Shown: piece by piece, positions 50,445-63,590 of the stretch
Layout: each line of letters begins with the position of its first letter
Numbering within the stretch: the stretch's first letter is position 1
Source of the DNA: Squalus acanthias
Lineage: Eukaryota
Length of the DNA: 64,000 nucleotides
Assembly: GCA_030390025.1 (NCBI GenBank)
Contig: CM059431.1
Coordinates: forward strand, 104,596,001-104,660,000
Reading direction: 5' to 3'
Translations under genes and position numbers: made by a program
Notes under the pieces: generated by a model
What the model saw: only the letters and a program-made list of their open reading frames with translations
Databases searched by the model: none
What the model was told of the DNA's origin: nothing

Positions 50445-51202
50445 GGCCTAGATTTTTCTACTAAAATAACGGGGGGTTTAACGGCATCGCCGTTATTAGT
50501 GTGTAAATTGTCCAGCAACTTGTGCTGAGGAAGAGATGCCCCGTGAGTTGCGAATCGCAGCAAGTTGCCGGACGATTTGCGCCACTCCGCCGATAGCCTC
50601 GCGAAAATGCCACCTCGCCCTCAACCTCCCTGCGAGTGTCAAGAAATTGCTGCATTTGCACACTAATTACCCATTACACTCGCCGCAGAAAGTTAGGGCT
50701 GCTACTTAACAGCGTAAGTACCATTTTAATGAGATTTGTGTTCCTGCAATGCCACTCAATCTCTCCGGCATAGAAAGGGAACAATTGAAACTGTGGAGTC
50801 TCATTCCTGCAGGTAGTAAATTGTTCGTAGAAATTTTTTAATTAAAAAAAAAAAATTCTGACTTTTCCTTTCAGCCTCTTTTTTCTTTCACTCTTAATCC
50901 AGTCTGTCTTTCCCTCTCTTTATTTCTCTTTCTTTACCTGATTTGATTCTAATTCGCCCTCTTTCCTTCTCCATCATTCCTGTTTCGTTCTCTATCCTTA
51001 AATCCCGTGGGTTAAGGAGATAGACTGTTGGTCCCGTCGTTCACCGAGGTCCCAGATGCCCCGTTGCATTCGCTGGCCCGTTATCAGCTCGCACTTCCAA
51101 CAGCTTACAGGGCAAACATTTTTATTGAGCTGAAGGGTGAGGGAAAAAAGTCTAACTAACGGGGCACGCCGCGAGATACCCCGCTCCAGCAAATTCTGGG
51201 CC
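50445..51202. mobile_element. Harbinger-type MITE, family B (reverse orientation)
   Basis: Ends GGCCTAGATTTT...CAGCAAATTCTGGGCC; reverse complement of the 7560-8222 and 9453-10001 cores. Confidence 0.7.
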
Positions 51203-51687
51203 ATTGTCGCACTAGTTCAGAAGTATCCCTGTATACTGGAAGCACAGGAAAACAAGTGGGAAGGTGCAGTTAATGGAATAGAGTTCTTTGGTGTGTCAGC
51301 ACTTAGAAACAATTTGTAGAGATCTACATTTCATGAATATTCAATTCACAAGAACTGCAGATGTCAGAAAAAGTAGGGAATGACCTGAAAGCTTAAACAA
51401 AAAAAAAACAGTTACATTTAAAATGCTTAATGAATATTGTACTATCTCAAAACACATTTGAAACCATTGTGCCATGGTTATTAGATAAAATTAATAGGAT
51501 AAAAGTGTCAGCTTTGCTCAGTGGGAGCATCCATTGTTCTTTGAGTCATGAGGTTGTGGGTTCAAGCCCCACTCGAGCACGTGAGCATATAATTTAGACT
51601 GACACTTCAGTGAAGTCCTGAGGGAGTGCTATGTTATGGATGAAATATTAAATCGTGGCTCCGGCAACCCTATTCAGCTGGAATTTA

Positions 51688-53936
51688 AAAAAAAGACTTT
51701 CATTTATATAGCACCTTTCACGACCACCGGACGTCCCAAAGCACTTTACAGCCAATGAAGTACATTTTGAAGTGTAGTCACTGTTGTAATGTAGGAAACG
51801 TGGCAGCCAATTTGTGCACAGCAAGCTCCCACAAACAGCAGTGTGATAATGATCAGATAATCTATTTTAGTGATGTTGATTGAGGGATAAATATTGGCCA
51901 GGACACCGGGTATAACTCACCTGCTCTTCTTCGAAATAGTTCCATGGGATCTTTAAAGTACACCTAAGAGAGCAGACGGGGCCTCGGTTTAACGTCTCAT
52001 CCAAAAGACGGCACCTCCGACAGTGCAGCACTCCCCCAGTACTGGCACTGGAGTGTCAGCCTAGATTTTTGTGCTTAAGGGCTGGATTTTGCGGGGGGTC
52101 AGTGGGTGCAATCGGTGTCGGGTCGGAAAGTGTTTTTTTCCCTAGCAGGTCAGGACCCCGCTGTGAACCTGCCACCACGTGCCTTTCCCCGGTGTCGGGT
52201 CTGTCAGCGCTGAGCAGACCCAACACGCAGCAGCGAGTTCACAGCGGGCGACTAATTTCAGGTAATTAGTGGCTTGTTTAGAGCTACTTAAGAATGAATT
52301 TCAGCTCACCTTCTGCATTTGACAGCTCGCCCACGGGGTCCTCGCTGGTAGTGGACCACGTCTGTCAAGCTGAGGCGGGAGTTCAGTGGCCATTTAATCA
52401 GCTGTTGAGTTGACAGCTTCAAATGTACAGTAAAAACTCCCACCTTACAGAGATATCTTCCCTCAGCCACAAACTCTTCCTCACTGCATTTCCACAACAG
52501 ATTCACCATGCTGCAAGTCTTTACACAAGTCTCCATCCAGTCTGACCTCATTACCTCTCTCACCATTGACAGATTGCTTCTGTCATCTCTACTTCACCTG
52601 CCATCTATTCCATCAGCATGGGTGCCCTTTATATTCTTTCACCTTGGTCCTCAGAATCCCACTTCAATCGGCCCCAACACCAGCAGCACCAGGCACACCA
52701 GCAGCACCAACAACAACACCACCAAACTTCTCCGCAATCACCTGATGCTGCACAGGACACAGGGCATCAGCACCCAGCCACATTGCTGCTCGGAAGGCCA
52801 GGGATGGCCTCACCATGGCCACATTTACTTCACTTGATGCTGTACACCCTGGCTGCCACATGATGCGCCAGGTTGACACCACCCCACACCAACACAATAA
52901 AGCATCCCTACAATGCCCAAGCCATTCCTTTCACACTCATCGCCATTGCGGGGGCTACCGTTATGTCTCACCATTCACTGCAACTCACTAAGCCACTTCC
53001 AAAGGTGCACACAAATCTGTCCAAGAATGCAAAGTGTTAAAAATAAAGGTTTCAATGTTTGACACCACATTAACAGAAACTCTACATGAACATTGCATAA
53101 AATACCCAAGTGGCTATCCTTGTGTGTTGTTAGTTGGTATGATTGGACTAGGATGAGGGTGAGTGTGAGGGGTGGTTAGTGAGATGAGTATGTGATAATG
53201 TAGATAGAGAGGGATGGGTGGAGGTGCAAGGTATGTTGGTGTGAGTAAGGATGTGCAGGAGTAGGGTAGAGAAGGCAGAGTGATGGGGATGTGATGAGAG
53301 GCACAGCAGGATAAGGTTGAGTGTGGCTTTGTACTAACGTTTTGTGATCTACTGAGATCATTGAAACGTTTGCGCCACTGCATCCAGGTCCTCCTGACGA
53401 CATCCCTGCTTGTGCCCTCCTCTGCAATGTGCAACTAGGCTGTGTTGATCTCCTGGGGAGGTTTCTTCTGCCCATGGGAAGGGAAGAGGACCTCCCTGCG
53501 TGCTGCGACTCCCTCCATAAGTATATGGAGGGAATCATGGGAGAGCCTGGGTGCAGCCCTGTGCCTCTGTTCAGTGATTGTCAGTGTTTGCAGCACCTCA
53601 ATGCTGGAGAACACTAACAGCACAAATCTCAAAATAAAGTTGGCCATGGTCCCTTTAAGGAAACTGGTTGATGACAGTTCATCAAATGACGTCACCAGAC
53701 CCGCTTCCTCTAATTGGCCCGGAAACGCACTGGGTGGGCTTAACAAGCCCAATCTCTGGAAGTTCATTTTAGAGGCCGGGAGGGAGACAGTAGCGGAGTT
53801 GGGACCCACCACCGAGTTCGCCCACCATGGACCCGCCGAGGTGAGTAAAATCACGGCCCTTCTCTTGGAGTGGGACTGTGAACCCACACCCTTCTGACTC
53901 AGAGGCGAGGGTGCTACCAACTGAGCCACAGCTGAC
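51688..53936 (-). mobile_element. DeuSINE interrupted by Harbinger element 52079-53859
   Basis: SINE body 51688-52078 resumes with the head at 53860-53936. Confidence 0.8.
52079..53859. mobile_element. Internally deleted Harbinger element with Myb/SANT-like remnant (second copy of 25159-26909)
   Basis: Ends GGGCTGGATTTT / AAAATCACGGCCC; RAAPRLSHDSLHILMEGVAARREVLFPSHGQKKPPQE / HIAEEGTSRDVVRRTWMQWRKRFNDLSRS. Confidence 0.8.
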
Positions 53937-54049
53937 AGGAAAAACTCCCATGATATTTCTTACTGAGTAGGGAAGTTCTCCCAGTGTCCTGAACATCATT
54001 TACCCCTCAGTCAACACCACCAAATATAAAACCACTGCTAAATTTATCT

Positions 54050-54148
54050 GAAATATAAACAGAAAATGCTGGAGACACTCAGCAGGTCAGGCAGCATCTG
54101 TGAAGAGAGAAACAGAGTTAACGTTTCAGGTCGATGACCTTTCGTCAT
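54050..54148 (-). mobile_element. Short PLE pseudo-LTR fragment with truncated hammerhead, inside a decayed SINE
   Basis: 12-bp TSD ctaaatttatct (54038-54049/54149-54160); minus strand tgacga-aaggtc-atc-gacct-gaaacgttaact. Confidence 0.75.
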
Positions 54149-54291
54149 CTAAATTTATCTTATTGCTATTTATGGGAGTTTGCTGTTATCACATTGGCTG
54201 CTGTGTTTACCTGCAAAACAATAATATCAATGCTTCAAAGAAATTCCTTGCTAGGAAGTATTTTGGCACATCCTGTTCTTTCTGTCTTTGG

Positions 54292-54508
54292 AGAACATAA
54301 AAAATAGGAGCAGGAATAGGCCATACGATCCCTTGAACCTGCTCCGCCGTTCAATAAGATCATGGCTGATCTTCTACCTCAACTCCACTATCCTGCACTA
54401 TCCCCATATCACTTGACTCCCTTCGTGCCCAAAAATCTATCGCTCTCAGTCTTGAATATACTCAGCGACTGAGCATCCACAGCCCTCTGGGGTAGAGCAT
54501 TCCAAAGA
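54292..54508 (-). mobile_element. CR1 3' tail fragment
   Basis: Matches 38470-38673. Confidence 0.75.
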
Positions 54509-56726
54509 AACTAACGTTTCAGAAAATATATTTATCTCTGTTTAAGGTATGTGCATAGGAATGGGAAGCTAACTTTTTGACTTTCACATTCGTCGAGGGA
54601 CTTGAGTTTTATCAGATTGTCCGCAATTAAATAAGTGATAATTTCACTGGTAAATCAGCATTGTTCCACCTCTTAAGCTATTTTATTAATATTATTCTGT
54701 GATTTTAATTGCACTGAGTCAGTAGACACAAAAGAGTAATGTTCCAGTGCACTGATTTCCTCACATTTATACCATAGCTTTGTAATTCTGTGAAATAGTT
54801 TGAAGGTCTCTGATTGAGTGTGTGGCAATCTGTTTATCTCATACTGTCAACAGAGTTCCAGTGTAAGTGTTTTTAATCAAAGCACTCTGATTAGTGGAGA
54901 CGCTCACCGAGTTGCACACTGCAGGTAGTCATCCTTCTGGAATGCTCTGGGCTGCGCACTCCTGAGATTTATGACCTGTTTAAGATAAGCCATATTGAGA
55001 TTCCCAGCAGTGTTAATAGTCAGATCTGAGGCAATGAATTGCTGCTTCAGTCCAGAGACAGCTCATTGATCAAGAACACCACATCCTTCACCATTCCATG
55101 AAGGGTACTTTTTCTCTATAAACTAAACTAAACTGAACTGAACTTTGCACCAGAACTGGAAAATAAACAATAGCATAAAGGAGTTTTAATTTTTTTTCAA
55201 GCTTCCAAGATTCTTAGATTTGGGGGAAGGTGAATAGACAGGATATGCTTATTAAACACTACCGCATTGAATTTAATGCCTTGATTTATGTTCTACTAAT
55301 CCATGGCCGTAAACAACAGAGGTGCGAATTAGTCTTGATATGTTCTTTCCTCCAGTTTTCCCCGCAATCCTCCCCCTCACCTGATGGTGTTGACTCCTTG
55401 CTGAAGTGCAGTTCCACAGGCACTGATTACCCTCCAGTACCACATCCAGCCCGTTCTTTATATGGGAGCCTTGACAATGGGCGACAGTGGACGATAGGGT
55501 TGGTTTGAACCGCTGGAAACCAGGCAGGTAGAGAGATCAAATTGCTGGTGGGACTCACCTGCCGAGGCCCCGCAGTCTTCGAGCGTAACCCGCTTTTCTG
55601 AGCAGGCGGGAAGGACACCTGTCGGAAACTGGCAGGGTCCTTCTTTAATTGTGCTGATCGGCTCCGATTCTGCCATCGGGGCCCGACTGCCATTTTAACC
55701 AGAGGCCTGTGCGGGGGAATCTGTTGTGGCTTTCCCGCCAGGGCGAAGAGGAATATGGGCCCGAAGAAGGCCAAAGAGTTAAGTTTACAACATTTTGTTT
55801 TTTACTATCCTTGTGGAGCCAGGAGGATCAGGAGTGCTTCTCCAGGACCTGGTAGGCAAGTTTAGGCCTCCCCTGGCCCCAGACTAATTAATACCCTCCC
55901 ACCCCACCCCCCACCCCCCAACCCCGACTTCCTGATCGCGAAGCCCTCCTGGAATCCTTCCCCCATGACTTACCTGAATGCCGGGAACTGTTTCTTCGAT
56001 CCCTGGTGGTGGCCTTTTGCCATCTGATATTGTGCTCCCACCCTTCCAATCAGCTGGCACTTCTTGTCCGTTTTGGGCGGGTAACTGACCGGGGGGCCTC
56101 GGAGGTAAAATCTGCCAAGCCTCACACTGCCGAGATCAGGACTGTTTGGCATCCCCTTCAGCCCCTCGCCCTCTCGATTTCCGCCCGGTTAAAATCGGTG
56201 CTTATTTGTCAGTGGAGGGATATGACGTTTGAGCCTAATGTTGTCCTCACCCACTGTCCATGATTGCACGCTTCTTTCTTCTTCAACCCTGGCTGATTTT
56301 GCCCGTCCTTCATCCAGACTATTGAGGATTATTGGAGCATCCCGAGTACTGCCTCAGCAGAGACCAGTTACCTCAACACCGACCATGAATTGAACCTAGG
56401 ACTTGACTTGTAGCCATTAATAAATCTGATTACTTAAGAAGGTAAATTGCTGTTTAAGACGCTCACAAAAAAAATTACTGGCAGCATTAATTTTAAGGCA
56501 GGCATTAATCCATGTATTTTAAATAGGTTAACACTTGCCTTCAAACAATGCTGGTAGGAAATTGGTAGAAACACCAAGCCATTGGAAAATTTCCCCTACG
56601 GAAGTACAGACACCTATCTCACATGCCAACACTTACATACCAAACGGGGCAGATACATATTTCTGCAAAGGTTCATACCGTATTCTTTTGACCGTAATAA
56701 TGCTGGCTAATCAACTGGTGAAAACT

Positions 56727-57185
56727 GTGGTTCAGTGGGTAGCGCTCTCACCTCTGAGTCAGAAGGTTGTGGGTTCCAGCCCCACTCCAGAGACTTAAGC
56801 ACAAAAATCTAGGCTGACACTCCAGTGCAGTACTGAGGGAGTGCCGTACTATCGGAGGTGCCGTCTTTCAGATGAGACATTTAACTGAGGCCCCGTCTGC
56901 TCTCTCAGGTGGACGTAAAAGATCCCATGGCACTATTTCAAAGAAGAGTCGGGGAGTTATCCCCGGTGTCCTGGGCCAATATTTATCCCTCAATCAACAT
57001 AACAAACACAAATTATCTGGTCATTATCACATTGCTGTTTGTGGGAGCTTGCTGTGCGCAGATTAGCTGCCGCGTTTCCCACATTACAACAGTGACCACA
57101 CTTCAAAAGTACTTCATTGGCTGTAAGGCGCTTTGGGACATCCTGAGGTCATGAATGGCACTAAATAAATACAAGTCTTTCTTTT
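56727..57185 (+). mobile_element. DeuSINE (SacSINE1-like), near full length
   Basis: tRNA-like head, ggtgccgtctttcagatgagac core, tail aaatacaagtctttc. Confidence 0.85.
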
Positions 57186-57604
57186 ATTTCTAGTTGTGCA
57201 CAGCACAGACAGTGCAAGCAAAGGGATGAAAGCAAAAGTAGGTAAGGGAAGGAAAATATATTTTTTGAAAAATATTTTAATAAAATACATATTCATCTCC
57301 TTACAATGCCTTCTAATTGATTCATCTTTGAGATGTGAAGTGTCTACAGTTCATCTGTCTCCTTTAGAGGATGGGATTATTTTAGCTAAAAGGCAGGTGT
57401 TTCCTGCTGATAAACTAGCACTGGCGGGGAAATTGCACGGTCCTTTACTTTGTGACCAGCCAGAAAGCAGTCGCCTCACCAGCGTGATATTCCCAATCAC
57501 AAAAATCACCAGGGGCTTGAAATAATATTATGGGATACTAGTTTGCAAACACTTGTCACTGTCACGTGCAATCTTATTGGCCATGTTAACCTAATAACTT
57601 AACA

Positions 57605-58064
57605 GTGTCACCGTGGCTCAGTGGGCAGCACCCTCGCCTCTGAGTCAGAAGGTTGTGGGTTCATAGTCCCACTCCAGGGACTCGAGCACAAAATCTAGGC
57701 TGACACTCCAGTGCAGTGCTGAGGGAGCGCTGCACTGTCAGAGGTGCCGTCTTTCAGATGAGATGTTAAACTGAAGCCCCGTCTGCTCTCTCAGGTGGAT
57801 GTAAAAGATCCCATGGCACTATTTCGAAGAAGAGCAGGGGAGTTATCCCAGGTGTCCTGGGCCAATATTTATCCCTCAACCAACATAACAAAACACAGAT
57901 TGCCCGGTCATTATCACATTTGTGGGAGCTTGCTGTGCGCAAATTGGCTGCCACGTTTCCCACATTACAACAGTGACTACACTACAAAAGTGCTTCATTG
58001 GCTGTAAAGCGCTTTGAGACGTCCGGTGGTCGTGAAAGGCGCTATATAACAAGTCTTTCTTTCT
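57605..58064 (+). mobile_element. DeuSINE (SacSINE1-like), full length
   Basis: Same structure as 56727-57185. Confidence 0.85.
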
Positions 58065-58071
58065 TTTAATA

Positions 58072-58298
58072 CAATAGCAAAATACTGCGGATGCTGGAAA
58101 TCTGAAATAACAACAGAAAATGCTGGAAACACTCAGCAGGTCAGGCAGCATCATGGAGAGAGAAACAGAGTCTACGTTTCGGGTCGATGATCCTTTATCA
58201 GAACTGATGAAGGGCCATCGACCGGAAACGTTAACTCTGTTTCTCTCACCACGATGCTGTCTGACCTGCTGAGTGTTTCCAGCACTTTCTGTTGTTAT
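58072..58298. repeat. Inverted pair of PLE pseudo-LTR fragments with back-to-back degenerate hammerheads
   Basis: 58108-58203 is the reverse complement of about 58204-58298; ctgatga-agggcc-atc-gaccg-gaaacgttaact at 58204-58236. Confidence 0.75.
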
Positions 58299-58704
58299 TC
58301 TAGGCCATATTAACCTGTTTGTTTTTATTGCATTGCCACCTTCTTAGAATAGCGGAGGAAAGAATTTCACAGCACCTTGTGTTGAATGTTAGCATACCAC
58401 AGAGTAGCTTCAAGGCCTGAGTTTGAGAATTTTATAGCAAACTCCCTAGTTATTTATCAATAAATTCTAAAACTTAGCAACTTCCCCCGCCTCCCCCGAT
58501 CATAGATATTCTTCTAAACTGCTGAATCTTCATTGGTGGAATAGATGGGAAGTATTTTCTCTTCAATTTTCACCCCACTCCTCTGCGGAGCTACTGATTC
58601 TCTCTCAGGTACAGTTCAAAGGCTGAATAGTGAACAAACGGGCTGACACAATACGTGTAGAGGTGAGGAACCTAGTTTATGGCTAAAGGATGGAAGACCA
58701 CTTG

Positions 58705-59300
58705 AACCCTCATCCATGCCTTTGTTACCTTTAGACTTGACTATTCCAATGATCTCCTGACTGGCCTCCCATCTTCCCCTCACCATAAACTTGAGTTCAT
58801 CCAAAATTCTGCTGCCCGTGTCTTAACTCGCACCAAGTCCCGTTCACCCATCACCACTGTGCTTGCTGACCTACAGTGGCTCCCGGTCCGACAATGCCTC
58901 AATTTTAAAATCCTCATCCTTGTTTTCAAATCCCTCCGTGGCCTCACCCCCTTCCTATCTCTGTAACTTCCTCCAGCCCCACAAGCCTCCGAGATCTCTG
59001 CACTCCTCCAATTCTGGCCTCTTGCACATCCCCGATTTTAATCGCTCCCCCATTGGTGGCCGTGCCTTCAGCTGCCTGGGCCCTGAGCTCTGGAATTCCC
59101 CACCTAAGCCTCTCTGCCTCACTATCTCTCTTTCCTTCATTAAGATGCTCCTTAAAACCTGCCTCCTTCCTGTCCTGATATCTCCTTCTGTGGCTCGGTG
59201 TCAAAAATGTTTTTATTGATGACGCTCTTGTTCAGCAGCTTGGGACGTTTTGCTACATTAAAGGCGCTATATAAATGCAAGTTGCTGTTGATGTTGTTTG
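58705..59300 (+). mobile_element. L2 LINE 3' fragment
   Basis: Collinear with 14340-14815; ELWNSPPKPL; tail caagttgctgttgatgttg. Confidence 0.85.
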
Positions 59301-59520
59301 ATGGCTGGTGGAGTAGAGGAGGTGCTGTATGAGGAAGGTGATCCTCTTTGCCACAACAGGCCATTCTCCCTATAGAACAGCATTGTAGCATGCCTGAAAG
59401 GAAAGAGGCAGTGAACTTGAATGCACAGATAGCCATCACTGCCCCTGGCAGTACCAGTCCTATGGTGCATGGCTTGTGGCAGATGGCACAGTTCTCTCTG
59501 GGGATTTGTTAAAGACTGAA

Positions 59521-60110
59521 CTTTTTTTTAAATATTGGTTCATGGGATGTGGGCGTCGCTGGCAAGGTCAGCATTTATTGCCCATCCCTACTTGCCCTGG
59601 AGAAGGTGGTGGTGAGCCGCCTTCTTGAACCACTGCAGTCCCATGTGGTGAAGGTACTCCCACAGTGCTGTTAGGGAGGGAGTTCCAGGATTTTGACCCA
59701 GCGACGACAAAGGATCGGCGATATACTTCTAAGTCAGGATGGTGTGTGACTTGGAGGGGAACTTGGAGGTGGTGGTGTTCCCATGCGTCTGCTGCCCTTG
59801 TCCTTCTAGGTGGAAGAGGTCGCGGGTTTGGGAGGTGCTGCCAAAGAAGCCTTGGCGAGTTGCTGCAGTGCATCTTGTAGATGCTGCACACTGTAGCCAC
59901 GGTGCGCCGGTGGTGGAGGGAGTGAATGTTTAAGGTGGTGGATGGGGTGCCAATCAAGCGGGCTGCTTTGTCCTGGATGGTTTTCAGCTTCTTGAGTGTT
60001 GTTAGAGCTGCACTCATCCAGGCAAGTGGAGAGTATTCCATCACATTTATGACTTTTGCCTTGTAGATGGTGGAAAGGCTTTGGGGAGTCAGGAGGTGAG
60101 ACACTCGCCA
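59521..60110 (-). mobile_element. Family X LINE 3' fragment
   Basis: ORF 59568..60161 LSTIYKAKVINVMEYSPLAWMSAA..GSKSWNSLP. Confidence 0.8.
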
Positions 60111-60862
60111 CTCTGACAAATCCAAGTAAGTGTGCCAAGTGCAGGCATCCTTCTGTTGCATTGCCTCTTCTTAATCCAAAAAAAACCCCATAAATAATGG
60201 AGACATTCCTATGGGATAATCCATTGTTCCAATATTGTAGACATGGCTATAAATGAGAAGGCCAAAACACTTGGTGCAAAGCCTCCTGAGCAGTGACATG
60301 GAAACATGGCTTCAAAATACAACAGTAAGTCTTCTTAGAGGACAGCTATTTATACTTTTGGGTTTATGGCTCAGTGCTATTCCAGCACAAACTTGGAGAG
60401 ATTATGTAGACATCTAAATGATGCACCGGTGGCCTGGTTTTAATGTTGAAACTGGGAAACCAATGGGAATTTCCAGTGCCACTGCTAACATGAAAATTAA
60501 GTGGGGCACCAAATGGGATGAGGTTAAAACTATGGTAAAGCTTTTCTGCCAGTGAGTTGAAAACAACAATGAATCCCCATAAATAAGTGAGTAGGACCAT
60601 TAACATTAAACACGCTGTACTTTCCGAATGGTTGCTAGATGTGCACACATGGAAGTTTCCACTCAGAGGATTACTAAACGAGAAATGTAAACCCAGTGGC
60701 AGTTAACTGGAAGTCCATTTCGTTGTGAGTGATCTCCACCCATATAACTCTTTGGTTACATCACACTTTACGCTAGTTTATTGGGCATATCCGATCAGAA
60801 AATCTAAACCAGGCTGTCCTTAATCTTGAGCTGAAGCTAAACAAGGGATGACAAGCAGCACA

Positions 60863-61004
60863 AATAAAAAAGCAAAATACTGCGGATGCTGGAAATCTGA
60901 AATAGGTGTTCTGACGAAAGGCCATCGACCTGAAATGTTAACTCTGTTTCTCGCTCCACAGATGCTGCCTGACCTGCTGAGTATTTCCAGCATTTTCTGT
61001 TTCT
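60863..61004 (+). mobile_element. Short PLE pseudo-LTR insertion with hammerhead motif (60908-60943)
   Basis: 15-bp TSD atgacaagcagcaca (60848-60862/61005-61019); gtt-ctgacga-aaggcc-atc-gacct-gaaat-gtt-aact. Confidence 0.8.
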
Positions 61005-62132
61005 ATGACAAGCAGCACAGTTACATAAGAACATAAGAACATGAGAAATAGGAGCAGGAGTAGACCATTCGGCCCCTTGAGCCTGCCCCGCCATTCAATA
61101 AGATCATGGCTGATCTGATCTTGGCCTTAACTCCACTTTCCTGCCTTTTCCCCATAACCTTGGGGATAGAAACATCAGGGACAGGGGAAGATACCCTCTA
61201 TTCACTATTTATAGTGGAATCGTTAAGTGTGAGTATAAAGAACACACTTGCAATTTTGCCACGAATAGCAAACAGAGAAAATTTGGTTCTTCAGAGATAT
61301 GTGAAGAGAAAACTTCTCCCTCCAAAAAATGCTTAGCAAAAAATGAGAACAAAATTTCTGCTAGAAAAAGAAGCTATTTTTAGCAAGGCAGTTTTTTTGC
61401 AGATGTTGACATTTAAATCAGTTGTAAACCCATTGAGGGTTATTTGAAGTCCATTAGATCATTATCGACCAACTGACTAAAGATAATATCCAAAAAGTGA
61501 ATGTACATTTATATAACTCAACCTAAGGATATGCAGCATATTAAAGTGTAACAAGGTATTCAATCATTGCAAACGTAACGGGGAATGATGAACTGCATTT
61601 TTGCTGGCTTACCTAATATAAAGGGCAAATCATACATTGTGTCACTTTTCTTTCTAATACTTCATCCATCCTGAACTTTATTTTGTTATAATTAAGGTAA
61701 GGTCATTCTGGAATAGTTGAATCCTCTAATCTTTGTATTCTCTTATGTCCAAGGTTTCATGTATAGCTGCTACCTACCCATCGTTTTGGCCGAGTAGTCC
61801 ATTTTTTGGGCAGGTGGCTTGTGTTTGTTTTAGCGAACTGATGCTCCACGGTAGTCTGGGGACTGGAGTGCAATTGTGAAGTTTAGCTACGGACATAACA
61901 TGCACCTTTATAGCCAATGCTCAATTGCTGCTGCTTATATTTGTGGTCTAATTTCCCAGCACTCTTTAGTCCTCCTTTCAGCAAAAGTCAGCCTCCAAAA
62001 GCATGCCGACATTTCCCATGAACCAACTTATGCATGGAATACATGGGATAGCATGCCACAGAGTGAACAACCTATCCTGATGTAAGCAAGAGAAATAGTT
62101 TGAATTGCGACCCATTCCCTCCAGACAGACCG

Positions 62133-62945
62133 GGGGGGGGGGGAAATTCGGTTGGTTAGCGCCTCCCGTTCGCACCTCCAGTTAGCGTCTCCGGGGGGCG
62201 CTAATGGGGCGGTGGGAACTTAGCGCCCAAGCGCGGCGATTTTAGCGGCACTTGCGAAATTGACCAGTCGTTTTGCGGCGGCGCTAAACACTACCGCCAC
62301 GATCTCCTGCGCCCGCAGATTGTGACGTCAGTCAAGCGTGCAACACTCCAGACCGGATATTGAGTCTCGCCCCCTGCCTTAGCGCCTGCCGCTAGGAATG
62401 TCAGGTAGAGGGGGAACGTTTTCAAGTCGGGAAGGGGCTGGGGGTGCACTATTTAAAGGCGGGCGCTTCCTGCCTTTTCTTGTCGGCAACATTTTTGGTA
62501 CACGCAGGTTGAGAGGGAGAGAGACGTCTGGAGAGATTTAACACCCTCACTTTTGATGTTCCTAAGCGCTGAGCTCTTTCCCTGGGCCTATCCATTAGTG
62601 CTTTAGATGTCTCTCCAGGCCGAGGTTCAAGGCTGCAATGAGCAGGGTGTGGCTAGCCAGCAAGATGGCCCCTCCCCTTCAAGAACTGGATAGTGCCAGT
62701 CTGTCTGGCTTCCATGGTAACTGTCATCGCCTGAGCTTCGGTAGCGTTCTGAGGTAGCGCCTCGCTCCCCGACGTTAGCGCCTTAAGAGAAGTGTGTAGC
62801 GCCTGATTTAGCGCTCAAATCACCTCCAGGGGCGATAGAGGCGAATTTTGCAGTCGGAGGCGATAATTAGCGCCGGGTGCTAAACTTTGCTCCCAGCTGA
62901 TATTAGCGCCCCAAAATGGGTGATACCCAATTTCCCCCCCCCCCC
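62133..62945. mobile_element. Harbinger-type MITE, family C
   Basis: poly-G+AAATT / AATTT+poly-C ends; CCG on both flanks; reverse homolog of 10949-11838. Confidence 0.75.
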
Positions 62946-63409
62946 CCGGTATCTTACCACATAGCTCACCAAGCTGAGCGTGTTGTTCACTATTCTGACA
63001 CATTGCGGGTAATTTTAACCCCCAAACACAGGTGGGTTTGGGTCGGGTGGGAGGTTAAAATATTAATCTGAAACAGGAACCCAACCCGGCTCGAGCCTGC
63101 CCACCTCCGGTTTTAACGAGGGGCGGGATGAAGGGCGGGCATCCGATCCTCTCTCAGGAGGCGGGTCGGTTGCTGCCTGCTTTCACTTTAACAGGGTTTC
63201 TATTTTTAACCCATGTTGGCCGGGTTTGCTGACCATGTCGCCTGCCCCGCGCTCCGAAACTCCACCCCAGTAAATATCGAGGCCACTGTGCCGTTCACTG
63301 TGCTGACACAAGGTGTAGTTTAATTGTTTACCATGAGAAAGAAATATAGGCAGAAGCAAGTGACATCAAAAGATTAAAAATAGCAATACAACATCGAACC
63401 TTGAAACAA

Positions 63410-63590
63410 ATACAAAATACTGCGGATGCTGGAAATCTGAAATAACAACAGAAAGTGCTGGAAAATGGGCAGCATCCATGGAGAGAGAGACAGAGTTAAC
63501 ATTTTAGGTCGATGGTCTTTCAAAGGCCTTTTCGCTGGCCTATTAACTCTGTTTCTCTCTCTCCACAGATGCTGCCTGACCTGCTGAGTC
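63410..63590. repeat. Inverted pair of PLE pseudo-LTR fragments (degenerate)
   Basis: Same sequence family and inverted geometry as 58072-58298. Confidence 0.65.

Noticed and set aside
52618..52863. His/Gln-rich ORF as a host gene
   Set aside because: It lies inside a repeated Harbinger derivative, and the frame is not preserved in the 25159-26909 copy.
54908..54975. Minus-strand 68-nt exon-like segment (VINLRSAQPRAFQKDDYLQCAT)
   Set aside because: No recognisable homology; phase incompatible with the 46681-46750 candidate.
55310..56400. Old SINE-like and MITE-like sequence (also 3110-3460, 47850-48060, 63005-63290)
   Set aside because: Probably repeats, but termini, TSDs and family could not be established by eye.
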